A stretch of DNA of 62,618 bases, counting the filler, from Sphacelaria rigidula (taxonomy: Eukaryota): the NCBI GenBank assembly GCA_964200075.2. It is 8 parts of 8 records of this genome, joined end to end, with 100 filler letters (N's around TTAATTAATTAA, not from the genome) between each part and the next. Parts side by side here need not be neighbours in the genome. Positions count along the whole stretch, not along the records: positions 31,361 to 39,100 come from CAXNAA020013611.1; positions 39,201 to 46,940 come from CAXNAA020013612.1; positions 47,041 to 54,779 come from CAXNAA020013613.1; 5 more parts are not named here. The stretch is one strand, 5' to 3'. Below are positions 35,785-49,649 of the stretch, in pieces. Under the pieces are notes generated by a model. It had not been told where the DNA came from. It saw only the letters and a list, made by a program, of their open reading frames with translations, and ran no database searches. Positions within the stretch are counted from its first letter, which is position 1, and each line of letters opens with the position of its first letter. Made by a program: the position numbers and the translations under genes.

Positions 35785-38700
35785 ATGCTGGTGTCTGATT
35801 GAGACTACTTTACAGGGGTCTCACCACTAGCAGCCAGCCTCCTCAGAAAATAGTACCGTACATCGATGTGCTTGCTGTTGGACGAGCTCAAGAGGTGTCC
35901 AGCTGCGTCTATCGCCCCCTTGTTGTCCTGGAAAATGCCAACGCGTTCCGACCCCAAACTGGGCGTTAGAAACTTCAAACCCCCCTCACACACAGGGCCT
36001 TTTTGACATCGTCTGCCATTTGCTCTATACTCTGCCTCAGTGGTAGATAGGATGACGCATTTTGCGTCCTAGAGAACCAAGACAATAGCGTACCTCCGGG
36101 GCAAATAGGTACACCAAAGACAGAACGTCGGTCCTCCGCCTTAAGGGCGTAAACTACCTCAACGTACGTTTCCAAATCAATCTCCAGCTGAATGCATCCC
36201 AAGTCGGTACTGCGTTGAACAGTAGACTCGAGGATCTTCTGTGTCGTCTTGCAATGGGTTGGCTTGGGGTCATGGAAAAAGCAAGCGATTACCCGAACCG
36301 CATTCGCGATATCGGGTCTCATCCGGTTCGCTATCCACATCAAGCTGCCCACGACCTCACGGAGAGGCATATCCACCACAGTCTCCTCCTCGCCTGCATG
36401 CCTGAGATCTGAGGAAGGGGTAGCGAGAATGGTGACAGTCCTCGAGACGTCAAAGCGGTTGAGCACACTCGTAATGAACTGGGTTTGTGAAATCTCCAGG
36501 GTACCTTTCGCCCGGCCCTTTTTGTACTCACTCCCTATGTACTACTCCACCTCCCCGATATCTTCGGTGGGACTCCACTCCCTGAGTGCATCGACCATAA
36601 CTGTGGTCACCTCCTCAGCAGCTGCTATCATGATATCGTCCATATAAAAGACAATCACTGCCACAACGTCACCGTCAACCCTCAGTCGAAACACGCAGGG
36701 ATCTACCAAGCATTGCTCGAATCCACTGCCAGGGTTGACGACGACAGTTGATACCACGCACGACCTCTCTACCTTAATCCGCATAAAGCTTTCTTGAGAC
36801 GCACTACCTAACCAGATGCTGATCCGCAACCGGGGGGGAGGTGGAACTAGATATGGGTGTTCAACTCCGACTGAATGAAGGTGTGGTCTACAGTACATGC
36901 AAGTGCCTCAAATCTCAGTCTAGCTTTCGTACCATCGCCGTCACCAACCTCCTGTACTGCCAGCAGCCCATTAACTATTCCCCCCCTTCAACGGGCATTG
37001 AGTGCGAGCCTGGTCCGGCGAAAACCCGGCGTGCTCCGCCCCGGCTTTGTAGGGATGCGAGGTCAATGGTCTGATGACTATGGCAAGCATGATCATGAGT
37101 ACAGATCGACCAGAATTTGTCTCAAGTTGGCGCGCCACAGTCCGCGCTGCCTTTGGAACTGAAACATTTTCGTCAGATGAAGGCGAATCGCTCCCCTTCA
37201 CCGAGAAGTCGCCGCCGACAGACGGCTCACTACTGACAGGTGGCAAATAAACACCTGAACAACTAGTTGTGCTGTCGGGGGCCGGCTGATTTTCATCGCC
37301 GAGAGAACCCCGCTCACCTTCACCACGGCTTGCACTCTTCGCCCGAGAGATCATTCGGCGCTAATGGAGGTTTTCTCTCCACAGTAGCGGTGATTAGTGG
37401 GTGGGGCAGAGTCGAAATCATCTAACCCCCCGCCTCTGGGGTTTCTCCCAGCTCCGACTTCCCTCCCGGCGGTGACGCCTCGCCCGGCTCTGTCGCCCCT
37501 GGAAGCTTCGGCGAAGCTGGCTGCTGCTCGTACCGGCGGCATCACCATAACCTGCGGCGCCTCCCAGGTGACGTCTCTTGTCTTCACTACGTCATTTGCG
37601 ATCGGCCTCCGGTAAGCTTTTGCCACGGAGAATCTTGTACACGGTCTTGAGTTACTCAATAACTCTATCCCTAGCGACTTGGCTGTCTTTTTCAACAGAA
37701 ACCCATAGGTATGTCCCAGCACGTGGAAATCGTTGATATCTACGGTAATCTCACGTGAGTCATCACTGCCAGGGACTATCGCAGGGAACGCCAGGGGAAC
37801 ATGGTGGTAAGATTGCACTGAATCTTCTTCCATCCGCCTTTTCGTATCGTCCTTGCTGATGTCGCGCTCGCCCACGGCATCCTCCTTATATTGCGCACCA
37901 GTCGACAAACACGCATTGGTGTCACCAGAGCAACCCTGTGCTTTGTTTGCGACTGGGATGGCGTGTGCGGACAGTCGGACCATCGATGGCCCGGCTCTAA
38001 GCAACGGCGACGCTTGTTTCGCATGTCGTCGTACTTCTTGCCTACGTTTTCGTGCTGCTGTTCTGGTCGTTCTTGTTTGCTTCAGATTCACTGGAAGCAC
38101 CCCCACCACCCATAGCGCCATCTTCATTGCGATTTCGGAGGGTGGGCTAGGTCGTAACGAGAGCTTGTCCTACGTCACGGTTCTTCATACCATTACCATT
38201 CCTAAGCGTGTATCTTTGTCCTTCAATAGCGTCGATCTCTGCTGGGGTGATGTGGTCTCGGCACAAGATTGTACGCTGTTCGTACTCGTAGTCGGTTGTA
38301 AGTACCTCTACTATCTTGAAGTTGACATCCTCCATAGGCATATGTACTCCCAATGACACTAGTACACCCACAATCTCGTCTACGCCTACGAAATTGACCA
38401 AAGAAATAAAAAGCGCCAGCCCGGACTCGGGGAGTCTGTGAGAAGTACCCTACTTGATCATTCACGGTCCGTGGTGCTCTCCGTTAAACACGTCCAAGCA
38501 ATACGTGCCGTCTTATGCTTGTTTCACGAAAACCTTGGTAAACCAAAAATCCTTGGTAGAAGCCTGCACACAATTATTCAATAGAGCGAGACCCGCGAAG
38601 CGCCTTTTCCATAACGGGCAAGGAACACTATTATCTAGCTTGGGGACAGCAGTTTCGATTCTACTTACTTCCCTGGGACTCATCGCGAAAGTGCTACCTC

Positions 38701-39391
38701 CTGCAATCCCAACCTCACCGACAGCTGGCAGCAGGCTACCGGTGGTGACTCGACCTCTACGACCGGAAGCAGACCCTGCCCGCTCCCCGGCCACAGCACC
38801 ATCAAGATACGATGATTGATCTTGACCGACGTTCCCCTCTATTCGCCCAACTGTGTTTTCCTCAACAGCGTAGATGCGCGACAGCCTCTCTGTCAAGGTC
38901 CTTGTCTATGCCTCGAGCAGCGTACAACAACGATCCAAGTTCGAACTACCAGGTTAATGTATTCGAATGATTGTGATCATCACATGACCGTGTACCAGCA
39001 ACTGCCCCGTGCTGTGTGCTCAAACAGATTACTGCCCTACTGCAAACAGTATTTTCGTGAGATTGAGAGTAGATGATACGATTGAGAATGAAAAGCGGTC
39101 NNNNNNNNNNNNNNNNNNNNNNNNNNNNNNNNNNNNNNNNNNNNTTAATTAATTAANNNNNNNNNNNNNNNNNNNNNNNNNNNNNNNNNNNNNNNNNNNN
39201 GAGCTGATTTGGTAAACTTGACGAGTAATGGTTGGAGATGCAAATGCGGAATATACTGCTGGCCCAGTTTGTACAACTCTCATTTTCCTTCAGTCGGAGG
39301 TAGACCGCTGACGTTATGTTGTAGAATACGAAGTGGTACTTTTGTACGCCAAATAAGTACCTGCAGTATACCTCCTCCGTGCTCTCTATTC

Positions 39392-39454
39392 TTCTCTGTC
39401 TCAGTCTCTGTCTGTCTCTGTCTGTCTCTGTCTGTCTCTGTCTCTGTCTGTCTC
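39392..39454. repeat. Compound (TCTCTG/TCTG)n microsatellite
   Basis: Direct inspection. Confidence 0.85.
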
Positions 39455-39600
39455 CCCTTGAAACCACAGACCCAGCCTGGATATCGACACCGAGCAGCAG
39501 TGGTTCGAAAATCTGTGCTGATTTCTGATGTTATGTTTGATCTTGCGCCACCAAACCAACAAGGTTCAAGGACGTTAAATCTATAGGAACCAATTTCACA

Positions 39601-39682
39601 CGCGCCCTGGTGGTGCAATGATCTAACTGTCACCATTAGGGCGGAGAGAACAGGGGTTCGATTCCCGATGCGTTGAGTTTTT
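39601..39682 (+). mobile_element. tRNA-like SINE head (third family)
   Basis: TGGTGCAATGA (A-box-like) and GGTTCGATTCCC (B box); arms do not form a canonical tRNA. Confidence 0.55.
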
Positions 39683-40437
39683 TCTTCGTAATGTATGATT
39701 TCCACCGTGGAAAGCGTGAGAACGTGAGTAAACAAAGGAGTCGACTGGGTCTGTATGACGTGAGTTGACGCGGTGCGGGAGTGCTGACCCAATCCGCGAG
39801 ACCAAAATGAAAGCCACAACCTGAACGACCATCCCTCTCAGTGTTGCGCCAAAACAAGAAGCAGAATCACTTTTTTTCGGAGCAAAATCTGACCGCTTTC
39901 CCTCTAGCGCGCACTGCTGCAGCGCACAGCACCAGATTTAGCGACATGGAAGTGTTGGCTGTAGTTCGCGTAGCATGTGGCCGAAGTTTCAGCGTCTTGC
40001 AGCGGCTACAGCGCGCGTACGGCCGTGCGTCATGAACCGCGCCCCTCTACGGACTATATGCCGATCGGTACAGTACAGTTGATCATGATCCAGAAAGGGT
40101 CGCAGTACAGATCAGTGTCTATTTACTACTACATCGGCCGCCCAGCCGCTCAATGTGTCGAAGTTAGTGCACTCGCGCGTACAGATATGCATTCACCTGT
40201 AGTACACAAAGTCTGGGCTACGGGATAGCCGATTTGAGGGCGCATCAACGACATTCCCCGGATTCGGTTGTCGCTATGATATAATTTTGTCCGGGGCCCA
40301 ATGGTGCGGGCTCTTGGTGCATATGTTGCCTGTGTTGTGTCCGACTAGTGCGCAAAGTTCCGTTATGGAACGCGAAGTCGCAGGCGAGATGTCCCCGGGC
40401 AAAGTTGCTCTGAAAATTGGTAATTTACCGTAGCCAC

Positions 40438-40859
40438 CTATCCATATGAACATGAGATGCGGTCACGCCGCATATCAAATGTGGTTATGTCGCGTATCAC
40501 TTACGCCACCATATCTGTGGCATATTTGCACCTCTTCGACTGCACGGTATTGGAGGGAACGGTAAATGTTGAACTTCATGTGAGGGCGTAGCGGATTAGG
40601 GTTCGATACATGGCCCTCCCGTGCGTTAGGGGTTTCATGGTGTCAACGCAATGCCCATCCCAAATAGATCTATCATGTCGCGCGCCAGCGTGGGTGTGTA
40701 GGGTGCCAGGTTTAACGGACCGACAGCAGCTGTACCTGTCGCTTTTCAGGACTTTTTTCTTTTAACCCTGCATTTTCCTTAATTTTTTCCCCCACTGAAG
40801 CGCACCGAAGGATCGCCAAATGTAATTTTTGTTGTCGCGCGTAAGAAGTCACGATTGCT
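40438..40859 (-). pseudogene. Possible degenerate SET-domain remnant
   Basis: LRATTKITFGDPSVRFSG/EKI ... IWDG..GRAMY/N ... IRDIT..ISCSYG in SET motif order; needs frameshifts. Confidence 0.35.
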
Positions 40860-42666
40860 GTCTCGTAGGTGAGTAGCCTGTCGCCATCGTCACGGGGTAG
40901 ACATCTCATAATTAGTATGGGACATCCTCAAATCAACCATCCTTCATGAAGACGCAAAAATTAGTTGATATATTCCCGCACCTGCCGCACCGGCGAATGT
41001 TCGCAGAACGAGGGATAATAAAAAGAGGCGGCATGTGGTGACACAAGAGCTACGTGTAACCATGTCGTGGCCAAGACACCTCAACAGGGATGTATCCCGC
41101 AAGCGAGTGCATGCCCTTCTGCCGTGTTACCGGGGGAAACGAATCCCAGCGTGCATTCTTCGCAAGGTACTTGGTGTCCTGGCACTCACGAGCATGAGAC
41201 GGAGTGAACACGCCGTGAAGCCTTCGCCGTGCTCAAACAGCGGGGGGTTAACATGACCACGGCACGACACACGGCATGTCGTGCATTTGCGGATCATCGG
41301 AAGGAATTCCTCTCTGGGGTCTCACAGGCAATGCCGTCGCTGTTTCCCCACGGCAATGATCCCCTATGAGCCACATTCCAGGCGGCAAAGGACTGGCATC
41401 ATCAACAACTCCCCTCAACTCATCAGAACACGATAACAGCCTGACCATCGAAAACGTTTCTTCTTTCATGGTATATACCCGGGGCCCATCCTTATACCAT
41501 CCCTCAAAGTATCTCCAACAACTCGCCATGTGCGAATCGAACAGCGGATCAATAGCAAGGGTCGAAAGTACCAACAATGCTGCGGCATCGCTCCACGGCC
41601 GCCTATCGTTTGCACCGGGAATCGAAATACGCGGCTGCAAAATACGCCCGCCTACCAAAGTCTCAACCGCCGACGCAGCCACCATCAGAGCGCAGCTGTG
41701 CTCGCGGAGCAGTTCCCATGACGTGAAAAGCCTCCGACAATCGCACGTGCCATTATGGAATCTACGGTGTGCTTAGTCTGGCGCAATCCATAGCCTACCC
41801 GGCCTCGTCATTCCCCCCCCACCTCGCCGACATCGGTGTGTGAACCTGACAGGAAACGTGAAACGCGCCGCGGACATTCAAGGTACAGGTGGAGGACGAG
41901 ACGAGCGTCCGTTAGGTTCCACCCATGTCATGTCTCATGGGGTAATACCCCGGGACAGTATGGCAAGTAGGACTTATGTTCCTGTAATTGCGTGCAACCC
42001 TCCACCTCGTGCAAAAAACTTCTGCGGTATGTTAGAGAGAACACTGGAAATTGAAGACGGGAATGTTTAGTGGTATTTCCGACACATAGCAGGCGGTGAG
42101 TGCGAAGGACCCACGCTCGTATATACCACCCCAATGGTATCATGCGTGTATCATACATCGTCGCGACTTTCCCCCTCCTCCTGGTCGCATCACGCGCGCC
42201 CCTCGTCTGCTATCGCGTGCCGGGGGAATATCTGTATATCTCGAGCGCTAAATTACTCCTGTTCGAAGCCGACGACGGCAACTCAATATGTATAAAGCTT
42301 ATGTTTTTCAATGGTCGCGAAGCCGCCAAGTAGAAACAACAACGACAACATTCCCGGGCGATCACGTTATGGCCGCTCGGGCAGCAAATATGGAGCGGAT
42401 CAGGTGTCATCATACCTTGCGCCTAAACATGCGGAGGGGTGGACAAGAACAAATTCTGACCCCCCTCTTCGGCAAGATGGCGCCTTTGCCGTAGTACTGC
42501 GCGACACATTCGTGTAAGAATTTTTAGCATAGCCTGTGTACAAGCGGTAGTGACCACCATGTTCCTACACTCTCACTTGCCACTCGAAGCACCACTCTCT
42601 CAAGGGCGGCATCCACTTCTTCACCCAAAGATAACCCATTCTAGATAGTGCTCCACAGCGTTTCGC

Positions 42667-43340
42667 TCACCGTCCCCATCCCAATCGCAGCCAAATAGCC
42701 GTGCAGATACTCCGATCACTGTCCGACTCTTCCGTACCACTCCCCGACCCCTTGCTGTGGTCCATCTCCCCCCAGTCCTTTTCACTCTCCATGGTGCTCA
42801 CCAATCCTCCAGGGATAGCATGCCCTTGTGGACCGATCGTCAGATCGCACCGCAATTTGCATCCACACCCGTGGCAAACCTTCCCCAACTTGGCGCAAGT
42901 GCAGGTGTGCTTGCACCTGTACTTGTCTGCAGACGCGGGGGTGCATCGACACAAACGGCGTTTAACCTTCCCGGTGGGGTCGATCTGTGCGTATTCGGAA
43001 AGACAACAACAATAATGTCTTTCGTCATAGCGTGGTGCGCGTCGCTCGACGCGATGGTCCACCCCCGATTGTCGAAGTCGACAGAGGGCATCGATTCCGC
43101 TATCTGCCTCAACCAATACTCCAGCACTGCCCCTACCCGCTTCGCTTGGAAGCGCAAGGCATCCTCAGCCGGGACCAGATCTTCCGGCTTCGTGCCGTGT
43201 TCTTTCCACCTCAAGAATTTCACGCAGTTCACAAACTTTGTAATATCCTCCCAGCTTGGTTCTCCAGGATGCTCTCCGGACTCGTTCCCTTCGTGGAGAA
43301 TGTCGATTCTTTCCTCTATTATAGTAGAAAGCGACAGCTA
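42667..43340 (-). pseudogene. C-terminus of an AcademX-like transposase with Cys8/CXC-like zinc finger
   Basis: LVPAEDALRFQAKRVGAVLEYW..MP..DNRGW, one frameshift, then LCRC..RCKHTCTCAKLGKVCHGCGCKLRC. Confidence 0.6.
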
Positions 43341-46300
43341 TTGTAGCAGGTATTACGTTGAGAGGTGATGCCATGGTGAAGAAATGAGAGTGATGGAAGA
43401 TGGGGGCGAAGGGGGTGGAGTGGGGGATGACCTGAACTGTTGGCAGGACTTATAGTTGAGCAGACTCCTGCGGTGTTGCGAAGCGATGCTGCGCAATGCT
43501 TTCCGAATACGAGAGGAAAGCCTTGTACTGGATTGTCGCGAAATCCCTACATCATCGATCTTCGATTAAAGGAATTGCAAGAAACGAAGTCACACCAGCA
43601 AAGATTCTACAGTACCTACGAATCGAATACATGACGTCAATAGTCATCCAATAACTCGTGTCACATATTTGCATATACACTAATTAAACTAGTCCGATTT
43701 TTTCGTCGAATACTGATGTGAAGTTGTAACTCGCTATGATCGTCAACAATATTACACAAGGTATGGCCTGCGTCGGCGTTATATCATGAACGAGTGACCT
43801 TTCGAAATATGAACCGGCCAGTCGTCCGGCTCTCGATTTTGTTCACTCTCAGGTCTTCGGATTATGCCACAGCAGCAAGCGACTATTGACCCTCTCATTT
43901 GTTTAGCAGTCGCTGCGGGTGGCACTTGATATTTGGAACTATGCTCATTCACCAGATTGCCCGCTATACTATATCTTCGTCACTAAGTTGGTGAGGCCTG
44001 CACTTGTTGTCGTACGCGGATGCTTTGTACATACGAGATGAAAGCCATCGCACCGAGGACAGAATGTGAAAGGATCGTCGACAATTCAACAGGTCTCAGG
44101 TCGTCGCCCCTACAGCTTAGTGTTGATCCGTTGAATGATATTCACATGGTTGATTGTATCGAAAAGTCACGGGGGGACCCGCCTCGCAGTCCACGAAAGG
44201 GTGAACGGCGTCATGTCGGTAACGAACAGAAACAGTCCACTACCAGCCAACATCATATTTCAAACCCGATGATATTGCGTGAGATCGGGAAGGAGCGAGC
44301 CTCATGACATGTAACGCCGACGATGGCGGGTGCTGGTCCATCTGCTCAAGTGAATGAATGTACTCTGCAAAAAAATAGTAGACACGGTGTATTCAAATTT
44401 TCGATCGCATATGGGATGCTACCATCCCCTCACACTCTACCATGCCTTTATCGGAAGGATCGAACGCTTCCATAGGCACGCAAAAGCTCTTGCAGCGTAG
44501 CTTTATCAGAATGTGTCGGGTCTCTGTCGCACAACTTGAACCAACATCGTTGGGTGAACCTCAAAGATAGTCGGGTGTTCGGAACCTGCAAACCGCGATA
44601 CGAGAACATAGCTTCATCGAGTCGTTCGCTCCATTGGTGTGTCTGACGGAAGATGTTGGGGATACATCTTTGAAAGATCTGCCACCCAATACCCACCTGA
44701 GGGGAATCGTTGACAATCACCGCGTTACAACGTTAAAGGTCAATGACGAGGAGGACGACAAGGCGGCTCCATCCATCATCGTGCGTGTCCACGCCGCGAT
44801 GGATAGCACGATGATGCGAATGGTGGCTGAAGGGAGGCGGCTCTAACAACCGTTTTGAGGATGTCTGGATCATGTCGCGCAAATGTTTTGGGGTCGCAAA
44901 TAGAACGTGCTGGAGTGCCTCAGTATGACGGTTGGAGAAACGGAGGGTCCCACGCGCCGATATTTGCGTCGGTATTGCACTGTAGCACAGGCACACTCAC
45001 GCCTTATTTTGCGTACTGCACCTGTAACTTAACCGTCGCGTGTTACTACGGATTGTATGGAATGCCGCACCATAGTTTGCAGGTCGGTCCTGGGTATTCT
45101 CCAGTCCTCCCCATCTGTAGTGGATGCTTGTCCTTGGTCGGTTGTGCTGCACAGTTCGCCCGTTGATCTGGTCGACATGAAGTCATATTCCAGCCAGCCA
45201 ACCCATGAAGGTGTCGGTCGTTTGCACAGTCTCCAAAGGTTCGTCTATGGAGACACTTCTTGAACCAATCTGAAACTCGCACCGCTTGTCTCCGTCCGTC
45301 ACCGTTAATTCTGCGTTGCACAGGTATGAACAAGGTAACCTCGACGATTGTGGAGCATGTTCTCGTCGACGAAGTTCGGGGTATCGGGGTATAGATCGCT
45401 TGTGCAGGACGAAGAGCAGAAATACCAAACGCTGGGACCCACTGCTCTCTGCACGAAGCTGACGAAGGCGTTTGGGGCGGTGAGTGCCCTTCTTTGATGC
45501 TCTGGATGATGCTATCTTTTACTGTCATGATGCACAACGTGTCTCTGATACGGTACTGGCTACGGACCAGTGTCACTTGACCAGGCCGTGTTTTGGATTC
45601 ATTTTTCGATCCACTTTGTGCTGTGGGAAAGGAAAACCCTGATCCGACAGGTCCTGATTTCAGTCACCGCTACAGGCATCTCAAAATCGAGATTCCCGGT
45701 ATTTTTTACTACATTTAACAGTCCAATATATCAGGAGCATCGAGTTTGAGATACCTTTTTGTTGTTGAGAATACCGCCCTTTTCCTCGGAATCTTTGTTT
45801 TGCACTGCACTTTGTACCATTTTTTATTTTTTCACCACCCTTTTCCTCGGAATCTTCTTTTTACACTGCACTTTTTCGATCGAAAAAAGAGTTGCCTTAG
45901 ACCGTTTCGTACGCTCCTTATTCGTTTGGGCTCGTACTTTCCACTTTTGAGGCATCTGATTCGAGGTTTTGGTCGCAAAACAAAGAATATCGCCATCACA
46001 CGTCTTGGACACTTTTCATCGCCTCGCCGGGAAGGAGGGGTCTAGCCCACTTTCGTGATTCGCTCTACTCCGAGGTTCCGAGAACGGCCTCCGGACAAAA
46101 ATACGGCTGGAGAATAAAATGCGGCGTCTGCAGGTATAAATACGTTCAGACACCACATGTATTATACGTGCAGGCACCGGTATTTTTTCCAGCCGCACTT
46201 TTGTCCAGAGACCCTTCTCGGAGCCGTAAGGGCGTATCTACAACACACAATTTTTCGATCGCAAGAGTGCGCTGTAAGACAAAAAATATCAACAGGTGGT

Positions 46301-49300
46301 GATTTTTACTCGGATGGCGATAGTTGAAATATCAACCTTAGAACTCGGAATGTTCCTCTTCCACCACACACATGTCAGCAGAAAATATTGTGCGTTGACA
46401 CGGCCCAAGACACGGCCTTACCAATAATACGTTGGCCCCGAACGAATTGGTGCAGCGGAGTGCAATTGGTTTGCTTGACTGCGTTTGGGTCCGAGCCAAT
46501 TTGCACGCTCCCGATGGAAAAAGGGTGAGGATTTCGTGATACGGTACTCGGTTCACTTGTATTCAGTACAGACAGTGCAGTGCCGTCTGCACTGTCTGCA
46601 TAGTGTGTGCATGTTCCGTACAGTGGGATGTGAAGAAGGGGGCAACATGCAGAACAGACAGCACGTTTCGACCATACACTGCGTAGAGGAGAATACTCAG
46701 AAGATGTAATCAACATGCAATATCATACGGGGTTCATGAAGGCGTGCGCAAATTCCTCGCCCACCATACCACGCAGTTCCGTCGCCAACTCCTACAATAG
46801 AAGATGCTCAAGTTTTTGCCGGCCAAAAATGAAGGCATCATCCCTGAACGATGGTATTTCTAGTTCCCAATCTCGTAACCTTCTGATGGTTGAGTTGTGG
46901 GGTTCGATTCTCGGAGCGGTCAGGGAATTTTTCTTACACCNNNNNNNNNNNNNNNNNNNNNNNNNNNNNNNNNNNNNNNNNNNNTTAATTAATTAANNNN
47001 NNNNNNNNNNNNNNNNNNNNNNNNNNNNNNNNNNNNNNNNTTTCCTTTTTTTTTTTCTCAGTCAGCTTCGTCTGTACGTTATCTCTCTAACGAGCCCAAC
47101 TGTAGCATGATCGTGAGCATTGAAATACCCACACGATTAAACGTCCGTAACGATACAGACTTATGGGACAGAGGAAGTATTAATTTACAAAAAGGTTCAA
47201 AAGGGTAGTTCTCAGAGAGTTTTTTTTTTCAGTCTAAATAAGCGGCCTAAGGGTGCGGGGTTGTTTTTCATTCTTCATCATTGAATTTCATGGCAAAATG
47301 TCCTAGGGTGGAAAAGTAGTTTTTCTCATCATTCGCCCGTACCGATTCTCCACGCAAAGCAAACTTTGAATTGCAACTCTCAAAATTTAGGTGAGAATCC
47401 GCCTGCAATGTAGAGATCCACTTTTAGGCTAGCCCACCTCTCGATTCCAGCCGACGGGGTTTTGCCCCAGTACCCAGTCGCACGTACAAGAGAAAAACGA
47501 AAAGCATCTAAACGCTTCAATATATTGAATGATAGTGGAAACACTGTGCAAAGCATAGATAGCTATTTCGTGTGATTTGTAAATTTAAATTCACTACCGA
47601 TTTTATCCGATTGGTTATCACTACTGAGGAAAACAAGCTAACCCCCATATTCTCTGGATCACGGATCTGAGAATGTTTCGTTTTATTCAGTACACACATC
47701 GCGGCAATATTGTGGCATATGACACGATGAAGAAACGTTTTTAATTCTTTACAGCGTCACAGAGTTGCAAACGTCACGAACCCAGAATATACGGTCTTCC
47801 AGTGGAAAACCGCCACCGCATCACCGCCACCAGCAACCGCTCAGCAAACACCTCTTTAGTACAGAACTGTATTCTACAGCTGCATTCAAAAACAGTCCCG
47901 TGACCATCGCTCTGTTTTTTAGCCGTCCCGACTGGTGTTCTACAGCTTTTGTGTGTCTGTTCACGCGAGTCAGGCCACGGAGGGAGTGTCAATTAGCGTA
48001 AGAGGAGGTGAGGTGCTGTTGTCACGTAGCCTGTATTTTGTTGCGAGAGCTATCCCCAAACGTTGCGACTCATACCTGCGGTGCTTCGATCAACGCTATT
48101 CCCCCTATCGTCGTGTCACTGGTTGTGCTTGTATCCCTCTGCTAGCTATCGAGGAAGTTGAAGCTCTCCCCCTTTCACCGTGGCCCAACGTAGGGATAGT
48201 TCGTCATCAGTCCAGACAGAGTAGTGAGGGCAGTCCCATACATACCACTTGTATTGACAAGCTTCCATGGCGGAGTGCGGCGACGTCAAAACGGCGTATT
48301 ATACTCTACTATAAGCCAAATGTGGAACAACCCCACGCACAAGGTACAGTATATAGAAGGCAGCAGTCAACTGTTTTCCCGATGATACGACTGCTCAGTA
48401 GAGAGACGACCAGCACTTGCGGGGATGAATGTGACGTGACTGTTGTCTCTCTGTTGATCATACTTGCCCTGCTGTTGTACTGACAGAACTAATCTGTACT
48501 GACTGAACCGTGTACTGACTGTTCTTCTCGTAATAACTAAATCATACAGTATCGTCCTCGTGTTTTAACTATTTATACAATGCAGCCCTCACCAACTTAA
48601 AAAGGCGATCTTGCCCACTTGAGACATTATGTTTCACAGCATTTTGAGCCGACGTGGAGCAAGGTCGTGAGACCGATCGTGCTGATTCATCTGTAGCCAT
48701 GAGTCGATGTTGTTGATGCGCATGGCCTCCAGCGCTTCGGTGCTTGAGATAGTCAGGTGCAGCATAATGTTGGCATTCAGGCGTACACAAAACCCTCTCG
48801 GCGTTTGAGGCTGGCCGCACGTGTATGTTTCCCAGTTTCTTGTTTGGTCTGGTACGGCAAGTACTACTGTTGTTGTCCTGTCGCTGACTTATCATTGGAT
48901 TAGCCGCTGTGAAAATGCAAACATCAAGTGTGACTCGATGACTCGATGTTGGTGTCCACAACAGAAGTACCGAACTCAACATGCTCGCGGCATGACAGCA
49001 GTTGAGGCGGGTTCTTACCGAAAGTGGCTACGAGTACTGATATCGTTTCTCAGAACGTCACGTTTGAAGCATGATTGACCCAACAAAGTCCAGTTTCGAG
49101 TCACATCGAGACACAGATTTGCCCAGATCGAGGCCCAAAACTGAATACCGCTTCACAAATTCGGCGGTTGTTCAAGTGGTCGTTAGTCCAACATCTCTGT
49201 ACTGCCTCATTGAACAAGGCAACACAACACCTACACACCGAGTCCCGAAAACCCACGAATAGAGATCCACCACTCACACGCATTAGCTCCAGCGCTAGCT

Positions 49301-49544
49301 CTGCTCATCTGCACACGGCAGCCTTCGACGGAAATTCATCCAGTATTGGATGGGGAGGAAAACGTGTGTCGTTGCTGACCGTTTGTGCGCGTGTGCCGTG
49401 TGCACGTCTCACGCAAATCATCATTTGCCACTGAATTCTGGACAAGGTTGAGCAAGGTCACGCACAGCGTGCTCAGCGGATGAGTAGCGATGGGTCGAGC
49501 TGTGTGTTACGGTTTGTAGGGGAGATGCAGGCAATGCTTCTTCT

Positions 49545-49649
49545 GTCCCTTGCCTTCTTTGTCAGCCCGCTTTTTTGTTGCTGCCCCTGACCACGGGCTG
49601 GATTGTTAATCAGCTAATGTGAGATGATCAATCAGTCAAATCAATCAAT
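49545..49649 (+). mobile_element. Non-LTR retroelement 3' tail
   Basis: ccacgggctggat..cagctaatgtgag followed by degenerate (CAAT)n; resembles 860-943. Confidence 0.5.

Larger units (their letters stand above)
32638..39046 (-). mobile_element. Degenerate, internally deleted Ty1/copia element with nested insertions
   Basis: gag-like 38896-38147, knuckle RCLEPGHRWSDC, pre-integrase DINDFHVLGH, RT GFEQCLVDPCVF..FYMDDI, REVVGSLMWIANRMRPDI, RNase H SKHIDVRYYFLR..HADILTK; PPT AGGGAGGG+TGTTCA at 35188; LTR-like direct repeat 38960-39044 vs 32639-32723. Confidence 0.85.
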
